NCBI RefSeq assembly: GCF_036321535.1
Contig: NC_087438.1
Coordinates: 11,906,001 to 11,970,000, forward strand
Direction of reading: 5' to 3'
DNA: 64,000 bases
Source of the DNA: Camelus dromedarius
Taxonomy: Eukaryota
Shown: piece after piece, positions 37,587-52,503 of the stretch
Position numbering within the stretch: the first letter of the stretch is position 1
Layout of the letters: every line of letters begins with the position of its first letter
The notes under the pieces: generated by a model
What the model was told of the DNA's origin: nothing
Databases searched by the model: none
The model's input: only the letters and a program-made list of their open reading frames with translations
Made by a program: the position numbers and the translations under genes

Positions 37587-38930
37587 CTCCCATGTATGAG
37601 TAATAAACCCTAGTTCTCCAAGGATGCTGTGTTTCTGAGGTCTTTGCTGGAGGGCAGGGACAGATGATTTGTTTATAAAATATATCACTAACTTTTTATT
37701 ACATCATTAACTAATGATATTGACAGAAAGCCTCAAGACCATCCACTCTGCTATTTTTTGTTTTGTTTTGTTTGCTTTGTCTAATTATCAACCCAGAGCT
37801 CTTTATCCAGACAAAACCTTAGGTGGTGTCCTAACACATCACTCAGACCAAAGGGGAACTGCTCGGGCCTGAACTTGAAGCTCCTGAGCCCCTGGGCTGG
37901 GGTCCCCCAAGCTACTCCCAGTCAGTCACCTTATTGCACTTCTGTGTGTCAGAGGGACCATGTAGAAAACCACTGGTCCAGTCTAAACCTCTCACATTAT
38001 AGCTCAACAGACAAGACCCCGGCAGTGTGAGTTCCTGAAAGTCACACTCCTTGTTAGGGGTACACCTCTGAACAAGATTCTGCTTCCTGAATCCCAGGCC
38101 GCAGCCAGAATTCCATGGTGTTTTGTTGTTGTTGTTGTTCACAGGAGGTCAGTGCTGGCTACCTGTGCCAGTGACTTGCTCTGGGCTGTCCACGTGGACA
38201 TCACAGTCTGATTCTCTCCCCAAAGATGCCCACTGCATTTGGACTTCGGCAAATGTCTAAAACCCCCGCTCTTCCCTTGCCTTCTTTCTTGACCAACAAC
38301 CACAATGATTATCACGGTGGTGCCATGATTGTAATACCAAGGTTCTGTCGGATGCACACTTTCCAGGAGGAGTTTGCCCACTGGGCATGGGATTTCCTGT
38401 TGAAAGGGTTTGATCAGGCAGCGGGAGAAACTGAAAATGAAGTATCGGTTAGAGCAACATCCCTCCAAAACCCAGCCCCCAGGAACTCGCGTGCTCTGCA
38501 GGTCCTCGTGGGTCTTTTCTAAAACAGAAAGGATTCCATGGTGACACAGGCATGGAGACTGCACACTGAATGACACCGGGTGGGCCGTCTGATCCCCAGG
38601 ACGTCCACCAGCTCCTGCGAGCAGTGAGTCTCCGGCCAAGGAACACCAGGGGCAGGGCCAAGAGGGGGCTGAGTGCGGGGGCACATTCTCCGTCAGCAAC
38701 ATCCCCTCTATTTTTTGACAAATTCCTGTCTTCCTAATCTCATGTAAAGTTCTATGTGAGTGCATTTTTTGAGTTGCTTCCCTCTGGGTCACCCATCTTA
38801 AAAAATAACCACCCCCAGATTAAGAGGTACAAACTACTATGTATAAAATAAGCTACAAAGATATATTGTACAGCACAGGGAATACAGCCAACATGTTATA
38901 ATAAATGGAGTATAACTTCTAAAAACAAAA

Positions 38931-39048
38931 ATAGATAGATAGATAGATAGATAGGTAGATAGATAGATAGATAGATACATAGATACATAGATACATAGAT
39001 ACATAGATAGATACATAGACAGATACATAGATAGATACATAGATAGAT
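38931..39048. repeat. (GATA)n/(CATA) compound microsatellite at the tail of an L1 3' fragment (about 38815-38930)
   Basis: Direct observation. Confidence 0.95.
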
Positions 39049-41664
39049 AATGGTTTGGTCCTTTTTGTGAAAGATCTAACTGAACTCTAAATATGCAAAC
39101 CCTTGAGGCAAGAGCACCAGTGAGAAGAGAAAGATGGGCTTGGGGGGATTAGAAAACAGAGACCAAGAATCATGGCCTCAGTGAACAGCTTGGACCACCT
39201 CATTACATATGGACCAGATGAGATGTAAGCTGGCTTTACACAGCATCCTCACTTACAAAGTAGAAAAAGTAATGTGTCTCCTCGGCAGATGAATGGGGAT
39301 ATTGTAAAAACGGATGGGTATTGGAAAAGACTTAAACTCACTGAAAGAAAGAGGGTGCAGTAATCCAGGGGGATCATACAGAGAAATATTTTTGGTAATA
39401 TTTGCCACAACGCCCATCGTATTCAGAGATGACATCTATTGTGAGGGGCTGGGATGTAACATGAAGGAAGAATCTTTTCTGTAGGTCCCAACAAAGACAG
39501 AGCAAGGGGTCAGCCCTAATGAGACAGGTGGGACACAGGAAAAGAAAAGTCTATATTGAATTTGCTCTGTACTTACGATGAGGATTCAGATGGAGGTTGA
39601 TGATCTGGCCAACTTCTACCACCTCAGCTTAGGCTGGTTCCATTCCCACAGGTCACACATCTCTCTGGGTCACGTTGTTGCACAACTTGTGCGACTGTCA
39701 TCCCATTCTGTCTGTCATTTACAGTGTGAGTGACCCAGAAACACCAGGATAGGGATCTGTAAATGGATTTCCTCACCAGATCACTGAAAAAATAAACCCC
39801 AACAATGGTTGGTGTAAAACTATCTTTAATGAATACTTTTCTGTCTTTCTGTTTTGTGACTAGCTGCTAACTGTCACTGAGCATTTACCAGCTGTCAGGG
39901 GATAGTAACCAGGACTGGGGACTAGGAGAGATGAATAAGGCCCTCACCTTGGGCACCAAATTTAAGGTGGCGTCGAAAAACTCAGTAATCAAGATGAATA
40001 TTTAGATGCAGTAATTTTTTTTAACTCAAATTGGTAAAGTCCATCCCTCCTGTTATTGCCAATAACGCTTTAGCATCGGACTGATGCCTATGAGTGCTTC
40101 CCATGCATCACTGCCTTTCATAACGTGGACACCAGGACAGCCGGGCTCACTGACCTTCAAAGGAAGGAGGAAAATGTCATCTTTGTGGGCAGTTCACGGG
40201 GCACCTTAGGATCCTCTGTCGCTGAGTTGGATGCATAGGAAAAATAAACGCTGGGGCTGGTCTTCTCTCTAGCGTTTACCATCAACTACAAGGAGTATGT
40301 TCTTTAGGTTTTTGCAATAGACATATTGGGCAGCAATGCATTCCACCTTAAATTAAAATAACAACTAAAATATTATGCAAAGCATTCTCTTATTTATAAC
40401 ATTCTAATTTACTGTAAAGCAGTTTACCTTCTTCTATAGCTGAGTTTAATGAGTTTCTTTTAGAAGAACCATAAAAAGCACACTCCGAGGAAGGGGACTG
40501 TGTTGTTTTTAAATAAGCAATGTAGCTGTCACCAGATGGTATGAAGATTGATGACTAATGCATTTTTAATGCAGATAATTTATTAGATAATAGGGGTTTT
40601 CCCCTCTAAATTTCTAGGAGGAGGAAATCATCGAGTTTTTTCATTTTAAATGAAAGTCTTTCTACAATTGGTTTTCCACTAAGCCTCAAAATGGATGATC
40701 AAATTCAATCATGTAACAGACACACTTAGAATGAGGCACCAGCTGATGCTTCTCCCTCACACTTGTTCGCCTGCTTGAATCCCAGCAAACCTCCTGGGAG
40801 AAGGAACCAAACGCAACCCGTGCCCGAACCCATGTACCTGGTAGGGTGCTGCTAGTATACAGTAAGTGCTCCATAGATGTGCGTCGGGTGAATGAACGTG
40901 TACGTTGTTGTTCTCATTGGAAACATGAATTCAAAGACTCCTCCTGCTGAGGACACTTGTCCTGAGCTTGTTTCTCAGTGATGGATCTCTGTACAACCCA
41001 CTCTGCTTCCCGTCTCTGTGTCTGCAGTGGTCAGGAAGGGGGCGGGTACGGAGCCATCCGTGGACTCAGGCCTCTGTGCTCACAGACCTGGTAAACTCCT
41101 TTGCCTACTCGGTTAAGAATGAATGAGCCCAATCATCTCCCTATTTTCTTTGCTGAAGGCAGGGGAAACTGTTCTAGCCTAGGAATGCCAAGTGGTCTGT
41201 CTGGCTTCACTGAGACTGACAATGAAAATTTCCTACTCAAGGTGGCCAGCACCTTAAGATGACCGAGGTGAAGTGCCAAAGCAATTCTTCTTAAGCTTTT
41301 ATACCTAATGGCAAAGAAATGTAAATTAAAGCAGAACTGTCTCTGGGAGAGCCTGGGGCACCTAGCCCAAAGAGGCTTATGCGAAGGGAAACTTTCCCTT
41401 GAAGTCTCATTTTATGAGACTCATTTTCAAAGAGTGTGCAAGTTCACATTGTAAATTATCATTTACCTGTTTGTTATAATAAAACTAAACAAGGTAAACA
41501 AAGCAGAAATTTCCTACTCATCTTTGGCTAATACTGAACTGAGTGAGTATAATTTCTAGAAAAGCAGCTTGAGTTTCAACTAGCAGGGCACCACATTTTC
41601 AGCCCTAGTTTGTCAAACTCTTGTTAAGTTTCCCTTACTGAGAAGTTAAGCCCCTGGGTCATAG

Positions 41665-42050
41665 GATGGTTAATTTTCTGTGTTTACTTGGCTAGTCCAT
41701 GGTATCCAGATGATTCATCAATTTTTTAGATATTTCTACAAAGTTATTTTTTTAGAAGTTAACATTTAAGTCAGTAGACTTTAAGTGAAGCCAATCACCC
41801 TCCATAATGTGGATGGATGGGTCTCATTCAATCAGTTGAAGGCCTGCTCCCCAAGGGGAAGAGGGAATTCTGCCAGCAGATTGCCTTTAGACTCAAATTG
41901 CAGCTCCTCCCTGGGTCTCCAGCCTGCCAGCCAATCCTACAGAGTCTGAACTTGCCAGTCTCCATATTCAGGAAAGCCAGGTCCTTAAAATCTCTTTCTG
42001 GGTGCACAGATCTTATTGGTTCTGCTTCTCTGGAGAACCTGACTCATATG
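41665..42050 (+). mobile_element. MLT2-like ERVL LTR
   Basis: gatggttaatttt...ctccataatgtggatgg...caatcagttgaaggcc...ttggttctgcttctctggagaacctgac. Confidence 0.7.
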
Positions 42051-45000
42051 TGGTGATAGGTCATGTGGTGGACAGAAAGCGTAACTGATTTATTGATCAT
42101 CACTCAAGGAAATAGTGATCAGAAATTTTTTTGAGAGAAGAAAAGTGACTATGTTAATCTCTACTTATGCTGGAATTTTCATCACATGTACGTGATGTAC
42201 GTCACAGAAGCCTCATCACCTCTCCAATGATGAAATGTTTTTCAAACTTTCAAACCGCATTTTCACTGGGCACTTTTATCATAGGTGTTCTGACACAGCT
42301 TTGCCCTGGATTAGATGTTTGAGAAGTCATTCTAGATGATTTACTAAGAAAACTGATGAATGAACAATGAATTCATTTAAGGAATTCAGTTTTTACCTCT
42401 TGTAAACATGATATTTGTTTTCCCATCAAGAGGAAAGAGCTATCAATTCAGTTCCTGTCTTTTGATCTACACCTCCTAGTGTGAATAACCACTGGGGACT
42501 GCCTGGGACTGGGGTTTCCTGTGATGTGGGACTTCAGTGATAAAACCTGGAACGTCCCATGCAAAGGGAGATTATTGCTAGCTTACTCTTAATATTAAAC
42601 CATGTTCTCCAAATCTCTTCCTTTTTTATTGCAAATTAGTCTGAAACAATGAGCCTGCAAGTCAACAGCATTTGCTGGTTTTTGTTTTTGGGTTGTTTTT
42701 GGTTTTTTTTTTTTGTAACTTCATTGAACATAGTAAGAAACTGATGAGGCAGGCGGTCAGCTGAGGTGGTTTGGATGAAAGATGCAGCAGCTGCTGACCC
42801 TAAGGGTGAACCACGGTCACCAAAATTTTGACTGCTCTGATTAGACTCCACCTTTCACACACCGTCACTTCTTTTCCTAGTTGACACACCATTAATGGTG
42901 ACTCAGTTTCTCCTTTGACTGCATAATGAGAAATACAAAGGACTAATTTTTAAATCGTGACGTAAGTGTGAGCTCCCGCACACTCTGAGAAATCAGACAA
43001 GCCAGATCCTGCTTCGGGGTGGACCAGGACCAGCCCTGTGTTCCAGGCACGTTTGCAGAATTCCTTCCCTCTCCAGGGTGGCTCCGAAAACAGTAATCAT
43101 CTCATTCAGTTGCCTGGTAATGCAAAGGAACCAGATTACCCAGTCACTCTCAGCCCATTAAAATTGTTTACTCCAGCTTCACAGAAAAAAGTGTATGTTT
43201 CAATATGGGAAAGTGAGATACCGCACATTTCATCTGCATATGGGATGACAATACCTGTTTTTTTGACCCCCGGGACCTGATGCATGTTAACGTAAGCACG
43301 CACTCTACCACTGAGTTGTACCTCACACCGATGCCTTTCGAGGGCAAGCATTTTAAAGTTTTCCCTTAAATAGTAATATCAGTGCCCTGGAAATGTGTGA
43401 TAGCCTTAAGTAGGTCACGGGAAGCTGTGGCCTTTGCTGTTTATTTTGTTATCCTCAGGGCTAGGGATGGGATAAAACAAAGTACCTTTTGAACTAGAAT
43501 TCAAAAATTATGATATATTTGTGGATTTATGAAGTGCATTTGTGTAGTGTGTTAGTGGGTCCAGGTAATTAAAGGGCTAAAGGCTAGAGGAACAAAAGAG
43601 GATTAATAATTCTGTCTCTGAGTCCCCATAAACATAAGATTTCAAATACTCACCCCTGCAACCAGTGGAATTGTCTTGACTCTAGACTACATGGTTCTGG
43701 TTTATACATCTTTGTGTGCCCCTCAGGATCTCACTCAATGCCCTGTACAAGATGATCAATAATAATGGTTGAAGTATTGCCAGCAGCTTTTATTGCAAAT
43801 TAATGAAAAGAAATATGAGGTCTATTGTCCCAGTTCCTTTGTGTGCACGTCTGTACAGAAAGACAGAGGATAGTATGGTATCAGTGTCCTAGAAATGAGC
43901 TGAAACAAACATGAATGTTATCTCATTGCTCAGGCTGTCCTACAAAAATAAAACCATAGTAAAGTTTCACTCAATTAGAAAAATGTGAATAAGAAAGACT
44001 TAGCTGGTGAAGAGAGTGGATGAAATAATCTAGAGCAGAAAATGGGAGGTGGGAATTGAGACACGGACGGTCCTTCGGATGGAGGGGGTACATTTCCACC
44101 ACCAAGACGAGAGAGGAGCCAGTAGAATTTGGGAATAAAGGAGGAATCTAAGATGATACCCAGGTCGTAAGCAACGATATTAGTTATCACAGTGTGGGAA
44201 TGAGAACTGGGAGGCAACCTGGGAAACACAGAGAGGGCTTTGAGGCTTGTTTCCACAGGGCATAAGTCACCCTGGTCTGACTGCGATGTATGTTCAAATG
44301 CCAAGCCCAGCTCAGTTCATTTCTGGATCTTTAGAAAACACTATTTAAAAGCTGAGTTGTCCCCCCTGGGAGATATTTTCCATAAGTGACAATGAACCTT
44401 GTGGTGTTTACACAAGAGGTTATGTCTCAGTAAATCACCGCCTCCCCTTTGCACACCATCAGTGTTACCCAGCCAGCCTGCAACACCCGCCAAGAGCTGC
44501 AGCACAATACGTTGCACATTCAGTTAAGTGTAAATTAAAAACACACCTCATGCTAACAGTTTTATATCTATATCTAGGATATAGATTTGATGATGTGGCA
44601 AACCAGAGTGGGCACTTGCGTGGGGAGAATATTAGAAAGTAGGATGAAGGAGTAAAATTAGAACCGGGGAGCCGTCCACTGTCAGAAGCTGAGCCTGCGC
44701 ACTGAGGAAACATCATTCATTCAACTCTGCACCCAAAATTGAAAGAAAAAGAAGTGTCTCTAGCAAGCAATGGCTAGTGAATGCATGGTAAGGTGAAGCA
44801 CGTTCCTTCGCATCCTTGAACTTGCTCCTCAGAAAGACCACTGCGCTGCCCAGAGCATCCCCTCCTCAGTGGGGCACCTGCCCCCCGAGGGAGGCCCGGA
44901 GGCACCGACTTCATGCCGGGGGCTGAGTGAGTGACGGGTCCTTGGCTGGTTTCTTTACCCCTACAACAACCTGGGAGGTAACAACCACCTTGTTGTACAG

Positions 45001-45688
45001 ACTATAAAAACCAAGCCACGTTTCCCCAGGCAGAAAGCTAGCCCAGTGGGTTAGACCCTCACGTTTGCCTTCATTCCCAGTGCACCCCGGCCTCCCCTAA
45101 ACCATGTAAATGGAGAGTCTCTTCACAGACTGAACCGTGACACCATCCGCACATTTTACACGTTTTCTTCCTGCCCTGAGGGCAGCACTGGGAACTGACC
45201 GTGAGCGCACAGCACCGTCACCTCCGTGTGACCACACTGAGGAACGAAGGCCCTTCGCAGCAGGGCCCGGACGCGCTCTTTCGCGTTGCCTGCATTTACT
45301 GACAGTGCCCGGAGACGGTCACCACCTCGGGGGCCACGATGCACCCCAGTGAGGGACATCCCACTTGGCTCCTCCAGAAGCTTCGAGTCCTCCATCCTGT
45401 CCTGACAGCATAAAATCAGCTCTAGCCGAGACAACGCAGCAGATCTCGGGAGCAGGGCAGGCCCGTCCCAGCACACACAGCACTCACTCTGTCAGAACAG
45501 GACCTTTCTGCCCTGTTCAAAAATGACACGGGAGTGCCCAGGGGATTCTGCCCTTTATTACAGGGACGAGCAGATGAAGTACAGGGAGAACAGCAGCAAA
45601 GGGGCCCGCCGTCTAACCCGGCTTCCGGGGTCCTCGGGCGGGGAGGCCGCGTGCGCAGGAGGCAGACGAGGACTCGAGCCCCGGCGAC

Positions 45689-45816
45689 TCAGAACAGCAC
45701 CTGTGGCCTGAAGTGCTTCTGCCTGATGGCGTTGTTCTGCATCCCCGTCTTCAGCATCCACTTTGCCTTCATCCTCTGGACGTACTGCATGTCCCGCTGG
45801 CGCATGAGCGCTGCTC
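45689..45816 (-). CDS. ZNF622: ZNF622 copy B, exon 6 coding part (128 nt)
   Basis: AALMRQRDMQYVQRMK...HFRPQVLF*, stop at 45689-45691. Confidence 0.96.
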
Positions 45817-46781
45817 CTGGGGGTGGAAGGGAAGTAAGAAATGAAAACCCAAACTTTAAAAGCCAATTTGGAGTAACTGAGTTCTTAAAGAAGAGATATT
45901 AACTGGGGTCTCTATCCAACGGGGACTATGTGCACCCCAGAATTGCACCCCAGAACTGTCTGTATACATTTCTCTGGGATGAGCCTCTTTATTTGTCATC
46001 ATATCAAAAACTCTATAAGAGAAAGATGAAGTCAGCGGGCTCACAGCTCACAGGGAGCCCTAGTGAAACCACGTGTATACAGACACAGCGGCAGCGACAG
46101 TGATTTCAGTGTCAGAGCTTCCCGGCTGTCAACAGGCAGCTCCCTGTTCTCCTGCCACCGTCTCCAGTGGACTGACATTCTCCTTGAAGGTAACAATGTC
46201 AGTAGCCTACTCTATTCCTCTGACTCTTTTCATTTTTATGGGATAATTACAGAAAGAAGGACTGGTAGCTTTTATTACGTGCATGTGCTGTGTCATCCTG
46301 CTTTATGACATCCCACCTGCCCAGGCCCCGTTATCATCACCTCCATTTAACAGACAACTGAGGCTTTGACTGAATAAATTACTCATACCAATAAGAACAT
46401 CAGGTAGGTCATGCTGACTCCACAGCTCAAACTACTGCTGTGAGAGTGCCATTCCATTCCTCTGGGAAACTTCCAGGAGGATTTCAACCTTGGATAATTA
46501 CTCAACAACTCTCTTCATAATCTTTACCTCCTGAAAAAGTCAGTGGTATACACGCAGGTTTCAGAAAGTTGCTGTGCCACGAATAAGAAGTTGTTTCCGT
46601 CATGGAGCTGGGGGCTTATTGCCATAAACGCCTCAAGTGGTCACAGACGCCCCCAGAGCCAAGGTAAGCGTCCCCTGGGGAGGATCCTTAGGGACAAGGT
46701 CAGTAACCACCCTTTCACCCAGGCCCGCTGAGGAACTGCAAGTCCCCGGGCTGCTCCGTGGCTGTCCCCGCGACGCCGCAC

Positions 46782-46925
46782 CTGTGCTCCCGGTCCAGCC
46801 CAGGGCTCTGTACTGCTGCAGGACCCGGCCCACCGCCTTCTGGTTCTTAGCAACGGCCACGGCTCTGGACAAGCCAAACCGCTGTTTGTAGTATCTCATC
46901 AGGGAGCGATGACCCACTCTGGCAC
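46782..46925 (-). CDS. ZNF622: ZNF622 copy B, exon 5 (144 nt)
   Basis: ARVGHRSLMRYYKQRF...QYRALGWTGST; same splice sites as copy A. Confidence 0.95.
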
Positions 46926-47390
46926 CTGTTTTTCAAAACAGCAACGTTGAAGCACCGAGCTGGCACTCTCTCAAGGCAGAGCTATGAAGCTAGGGCTTTC
47001 CCAGTCAGACTTTTCACATTTATCCAGCTGGAAAGTGCATGTGTCGGAAGAAACAGTGCTCTACCCACTGAGGAAAGATGAGGCTGCATGTTAAACAATG
47101 AAAGAAAAAAACCAAAGAGCAGAGAGATTTAAGAAAAGGGACCATGGCAAGTCACTGTCAAGTGAAAAACTCAGCGTCTGTACTTCCTTGTTCTATAAAA
47201 GAGCCTCCCCAGAAGTGCACAAGCCGCCCCTACTAACACCTGCAACCGGGCCCTAGGGGTAAGGAATCTCAACACCTTAATAGAAAAAAGATTAAGCACA
47301 GAGAACGGCCCTGATGTTTAGGTCTACCAGCCACAGTCTGGGTCCAGAAGGGGAACCAATCCACTTTTCCTTGGCTTACAGTCTCCAGTG

Positions 47391-47575
47391 CAATGGTTCT
47401 CAAACAGGGGCGATCTTATCCCCAGGGGACATGTGGCAATGACTGGAGGGAGGCTCCCGGCACCGAGTGGGCAGAGGCCAGGGACGTGGCTAAAATCATA
47501 CCACGCACAGGACAGCCTCCACAGCAAAGGGTTATCTGCCCGAAATGTCCACAGTGCTGAGGCCGAGAACCCCTG
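47391..47575 (+). mobile_element. MER20-like element (copy B intron 4), near-identical to 2785-2969
   Basis: Direct comparison shows about 1 difference. Confidence 0.75.
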
Positions 47576-48946
47576 CCCTACTGCTCCTAAATGAGGGAAG
47601 TCGTGGGTGTACTGTAGTTTAAAAGATGATTAAGCTAAATTCTCTCCAGAGCTTTTGTCTATTTGGAAGGATCTGGTAAAAATCATGCCAGTCAATCAAG
47701 CTTTCAGAAATGAATTCTATGGATGATCTGTCCTTTTATCATCTTAAAAAAGAAGTTGAATAAACAAAGTCTTAAAAAATACTTTATGAAGCTAATTTCT
47801 CAGGTTCTGCTTTGGTATTTCCACCAGAGGAAGCCTAGCCTAGGCCTATGTGACAGATGTGGGCCTGTTTTGCTGCTGTGTGCTGTACAGGCCACGATAG
47901 TGTACTGCCGTATAGTTTTCTTATTAATGTAGGAAGAATTACATTTTCAAAACAGACTCTGCCTGCCCGTCCTTCCTCTGTCATTGTCTACAGCTGCCCC
48001 AGCCTTAGAAGGTTGTTGTTCTGAGTTAAACAGCTGGTCTGTACCTAAGCTGTGATAGCACCCCAGGGTGACTTCCTCATGACAGGTGTCTCCACCGGCA
48101 GTGTATACGCCCACCATTGCTACAAATCTCCCAGGCAGTGGAGAGAATTGGGATAAGGGCTTCGCTGACTAGATCCAGGATCGTGGGTAACTTCCTCAAT
48201 CTGTCTAAGTTTCAGTTCGCTCATATGTCAAGTAAGGATAACAGAATCTAACTCAGACTTGTCATAAGGATAAAATAAGCTGCCTGACCATGCTAACTGC
48301 TCAGTAAATATGATGTTTATTAGGGTCTTATTATCATTCCGTTCCCTGTATTTCCAAATGTGTCTTCAGTAGCTCCTCCCATTCTTCTCCACTAATCGTA
48401 ACACCATAAACACTGTTAGATAGTTTTCACATTCATGGCTTTTCTTCACCTTTTCACACCTGGGATAAATTCCCACCAATAGGAAACATGTACCCCAAAG
48501 AAGCCAGAATTCAAACTCCAAACCTCCCCCTGCCCCCAGAACACAGACAGGAATCCTGGGTGCTGTCAATCAGATACACCCAGGCCAGACTACCACGTGC
48601 AAGTCTGAGCAACACATGGAAACAAGAATCAGTTCAAAGGATAAGAGGAAGGGCTAGTTTAACAAGAAACACTTGGATAGGGCCAAAACACTTGATAAGG
48701 AACAGAAAAGAAAGGGTCTATGTATTGAAAAATAATGACTGATCAAAGCATTGAGAGAGAACGGGAGTGAAGAAAATATTGATCCAACTTAAGCAAAACA
48801 GCTAAGACAGAACTACCAGGTGACCTTCAGAATCTACCTCGTCCGCACACTGTGAGTTGTAGGTTCTCTCTCCTCAGTGTGGAAGGGGAGTGATGGGAAC
48901 ATGCCTCTCCAATAATCTCAGTGGTATTTTGGACAAACGCACTTAC

Positions 48947-49059
48947 CGGAAGGGAGAATCAGCTCCATGGTTTCGTCATCATATTCCAAGGTCTTTCCTG
49001 AGGGCAAGTCCTCAGTCTCATCAGGGTCCTCCCCCTCCTTGTGATCTGGGTAGCTACTC
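48947..49059 (-). CDS. ZNF622: ZNF622 copy B, exon 4 (113 nt)
   Basis: SSYPDHKEGEDPDETEDLPSGKTLEYDDETMELILPS; canonical splice sites. Confidence 0.95.
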
Positions 49060-49279
49060 CTGGAGCAGTGGAGTGGCATTAATACATTTAATACACAGAT
49101 CAAGACCTCAAGACCTAAAAGACATAAACTGTATTTGCCAATGTGGCAAATCCATGTGCTACCTAAAGGGTGAGCGGTGGGGGGTGTAAATAGATGCAGA
49201 GACTGCCAGATAAAAGGTTTTGGAGAAAAAAATAACCTGTTAGCATTTTCTCTGTAGTAAAAGATGCAAGTTACCTATG

Positions 49280-50600
49280 AACGCAAAATGGATCACCGAC
49301 TTAAATGTAAAATGCGTAACTATAACAACTCCTAGAAGATAACATAGGAAAAATTCTAGATGACTTAAGGTTTGGTGATGACTTTTTAGGTAATGCACCA
49401 AAAGCACAGTTAATGAAAGAAAGAATGGATAAGCTGAACTTCATTCAAACTGAAAACTTACGCTCTGTGAAAACCAATGCCAAGAGAATTAAAATAGAAA
49501 ATACAGAATTGGAAAAAATATTTGCAGAAAACACATCTGATAAAGAATTGTTATTCAAAATATAAAAGAACTCTTAAAATTCAGTAAGAAAATAAACCCG
49601 ATTAAAAAAATAGACCAAAAACCTTAACAGACACCTCACTAAGATATACAGATGGCAAATAAGAGGTGTTTTACAGCACGTGTCACCAGAAAGACATAAA
49701 TTAAAGCAGTGAGAAACCACTACACATGTATCTGAATGGCCAAAGTCCAGAACACGGACAACATCAAATGCTGGTGAGGACGTGGAGCCACAGGGACTCC
49801 GTTCAGTGACAGTGAGAACACAGAAACGTACAGCTACTCAGGGAGACAGTTTGAAAGTTTCTGGCAAAACTGAACATATTCATACCATAGGATACAGCGG
49901 TTGTGCTGCTTGCTATTCACTCGAAGGAGCTGAAACATGTCCATACACAAACCTGCACATGGAGGTTTATAGCAACTTTATTCAAAATTGCTAAAACATG
50001 GAAGCCATCAAGATGTACCTCAGTAGGTAGATACATAAATAAACTACAGCATAGCCAGACAATGGAATATTTTTAGAATTACCTGGAAAGAAATGAGCTA
50101 TCAAACCAGGAGAAGACATGAAGGAATCTTATATGCATATTACCAAGTGAAAGAAGCCAGTCTGAAAGGCTATATAATGTACGACGTAATGTGCGACTAC
50201 TAGAGGATGCTCTGGAAAAACCATGGAGACACTGGAGAGAAGGAATTGCCAGGGGTTAGGGTGGAGGAGAGTGATGAACAGGCAGAATACAAAGGATTTT
50301 TAGGTCACTGAAACTACTCTGTATGATACTCTAATGGTGGATACATGTCATTATAAGTACATCTGTCCAATCTTATAGAATGGACCATACCAAGAGTGAA
50401 CTCTAAACCATGGACTTTGATTATTAATTGATTCAGTGTTAACTGATGGATCAATGTAGGTTCATCAATAGTAACGAATGTACCACTTGTAGAAGATGTT
50501 GCTAATGAGGGAGGCTGTGCACGTGTGGGTAAGGGGGAATATGGGAAATCCCTGTACCTTCTGCTCAATTTTGCTGTGAACCTAAAATTGGTTTTAAAGA
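49280..50600 (+). mobile_element. Paralogous L1M fragment in intron 3 of ZNF622 copy B
   Basis: Same position and 5' junction (gttacctatgaacgcaaaatggatcacc) as 8170-9450. Confidence 0.85.
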
Positions 50601-51849
50601 GCGAGCAAATGACTTATAACTGAACTCTTTCCCCTACGTATCTGTTTCTCCTAGCAGGGTTGTGAACCAGAAAGGAAGAGAACAATGTAGAGGTGGAAAT
50701 GTGGTTCTCCTCAATTTAATCATTATAAAAACAAGTTCCAGAACAGTGACGTCCAGTAGAACCCTATAAAGATAGAAATTTTCTCTCTGAGTCCAACATG
50801 GTAGCTGCCAGTCACATGTGCTTTTAAGCACTGAGTTTTGGATTATAGGCAGTACAACTGAAGAATTCAATTTTTAAATTTTTAGATTAATTTTTAGTTA
50901 ACTTAAATGGCCACATGAGCACCCCTAGTATTTTTCATACTAAACACCACAATTCTAGAAGAATCTCTCTGTTTCTAGAAATATTCACACACAAAAATAA
51001 TTAAAGAAAGGCACACTAAATGTGAATAGTAAGGCAGATAAGCCAATAGGAAAATAGACAAAAGACTTAGTCAGACACTTCACAAGAAATAAGCTAAATG
51101 AGCACTTATATATAAAAAAGTTCTCAACTACATTAGTGCTCATTAGGGAAATGCAAATTAAAACCACAATGGATATACACTACACAGCCACCAAAGAGAC
51201 TACAATGAAAAACTCTCCCTCACTACAAGTGAGAAATGAGAAATCAGGAGGAAAAGGCAAAAGGACAATTTATAAGACTAGAACTTTTCTGAACACCCGT
51301 ATCAGGTGGGCTCTGCACACCTGGCATGGTCATTACACACACCGGCTTGCACAGCACACCTGTGCTAGGTCATAGGCATCTGGACACTAGGAACCAGATG
51401 TTCCGCAGTGCCTAGCATGAATGTGTGGCATGATGTGGGACTTAGAAAGCCGCCACCCATCCAGACTCCCTTAGGAGACAGCTTGTGATTCTAGGACTCT
51501 CAGGGAAACCAAAATGTGAAACCTCATTTCCAGGCCTCTGTTCATGAGGTCACTGGCAAAGCTGAACTTCTGACCATTGAAACCACAAAAGTAAGTTTTC
51601 AAACCAGACAAACTTCAGTTTGGCCCTGACATCTTCTCTTTATCAGGTATGTGTGTTTAACTCTGTGACACTCAGTTTCGCATCTACAACATGACAGGAA
51701 ATAACCCCCTCCTATACAAGAGTTCTCAGAGATACTAAGAATCCTGCACTGGACAGAGCCAGACAAAGGTCAGGCCTGGGCGTATCTACACCACTTCAGA
51801 GCGAACATGATGAACTCACTCTCCTCCACTTTACAAACCACAGACTTAC

Positions 51850-52012
51850 CTAAAATCATAGAAGTCTGCAAATTCCAAAAGAGCATCTCCATCTGTGAAG
51901 AGCTTACAATGACTCCTGTCATTCATGTGAGCCTGCACAGCTTCCGTGGAGTAGAAGGATTTCCCTTTCTCGTTGCACCACAAGCAAATCTTCCCGACAC
52001 CAACTTTCTCTC
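51850..52012 (-). CDS. ZNF622: ZNF622 copy B, exon 3 (163 nt)
   Basis: Canonical ag/gt; two synonymous differences from copy A. Confidence 0.96.
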
Positions 52013-52242
52013 CTGGAAAAGTAAGTTGAGGAGAAAAAGATGAAAGCAGCTTTTTGCAGCCAGCTTACATCTCACCATGTATCTCCACAGTTCAAAAAAT
52101 ATGCATCAAGTTTTGGATTCTCACAAAATGAGCAGATCATTCAATCCAAGATGGATGAGAAACACAAAACTCACGTTCTCTTAAGATCTGCCTCCCCAAT
52201 ACTGTGCTCATTCATTTAAAAAAGAAAAACTATTACACTTAC

Positions 52243-52503
52243 CCAAATATTTAATCAGTCCCTTAAGATCTGAAAGATATTCTATGTCAGGAATAAAGAA
52301 GCTGTGGACTTTGGTCATATGAGCCACATTCTTCATGAGGGAGCTTGAATGATGGGGACAAAATAAGCAGTCCGTCACGGGGATGGCGCCAACTGGGGCG
52401 CTCACTCCAGCCTCTTCCTCCTCTGCATCCTGCTCCTCCTCCTCGTCCATGGCTTCAGCATCCTCACACTCCAATTCCTCATCAGAATCAAGATCTTCCC
52501 AGT
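52243..52503 (-). CDS. ZNF622: ZNF622 copy B, exon 2 (261 nt)
   Basis: Same splice sites as copy A; one codon differs (L vs V). Confidence 0.96.

Noticed and set aside
31338..37680. Older LTR-like element apparently hosting the ERV insertion
   Set aside because: Suggestive (AATAAA near 37602) but I could not define termini or family from sequence alone
38139..38792. 217-aa minus-strand ORF
   Set aside because: Non-ATG start, no recognisable domain or exon support
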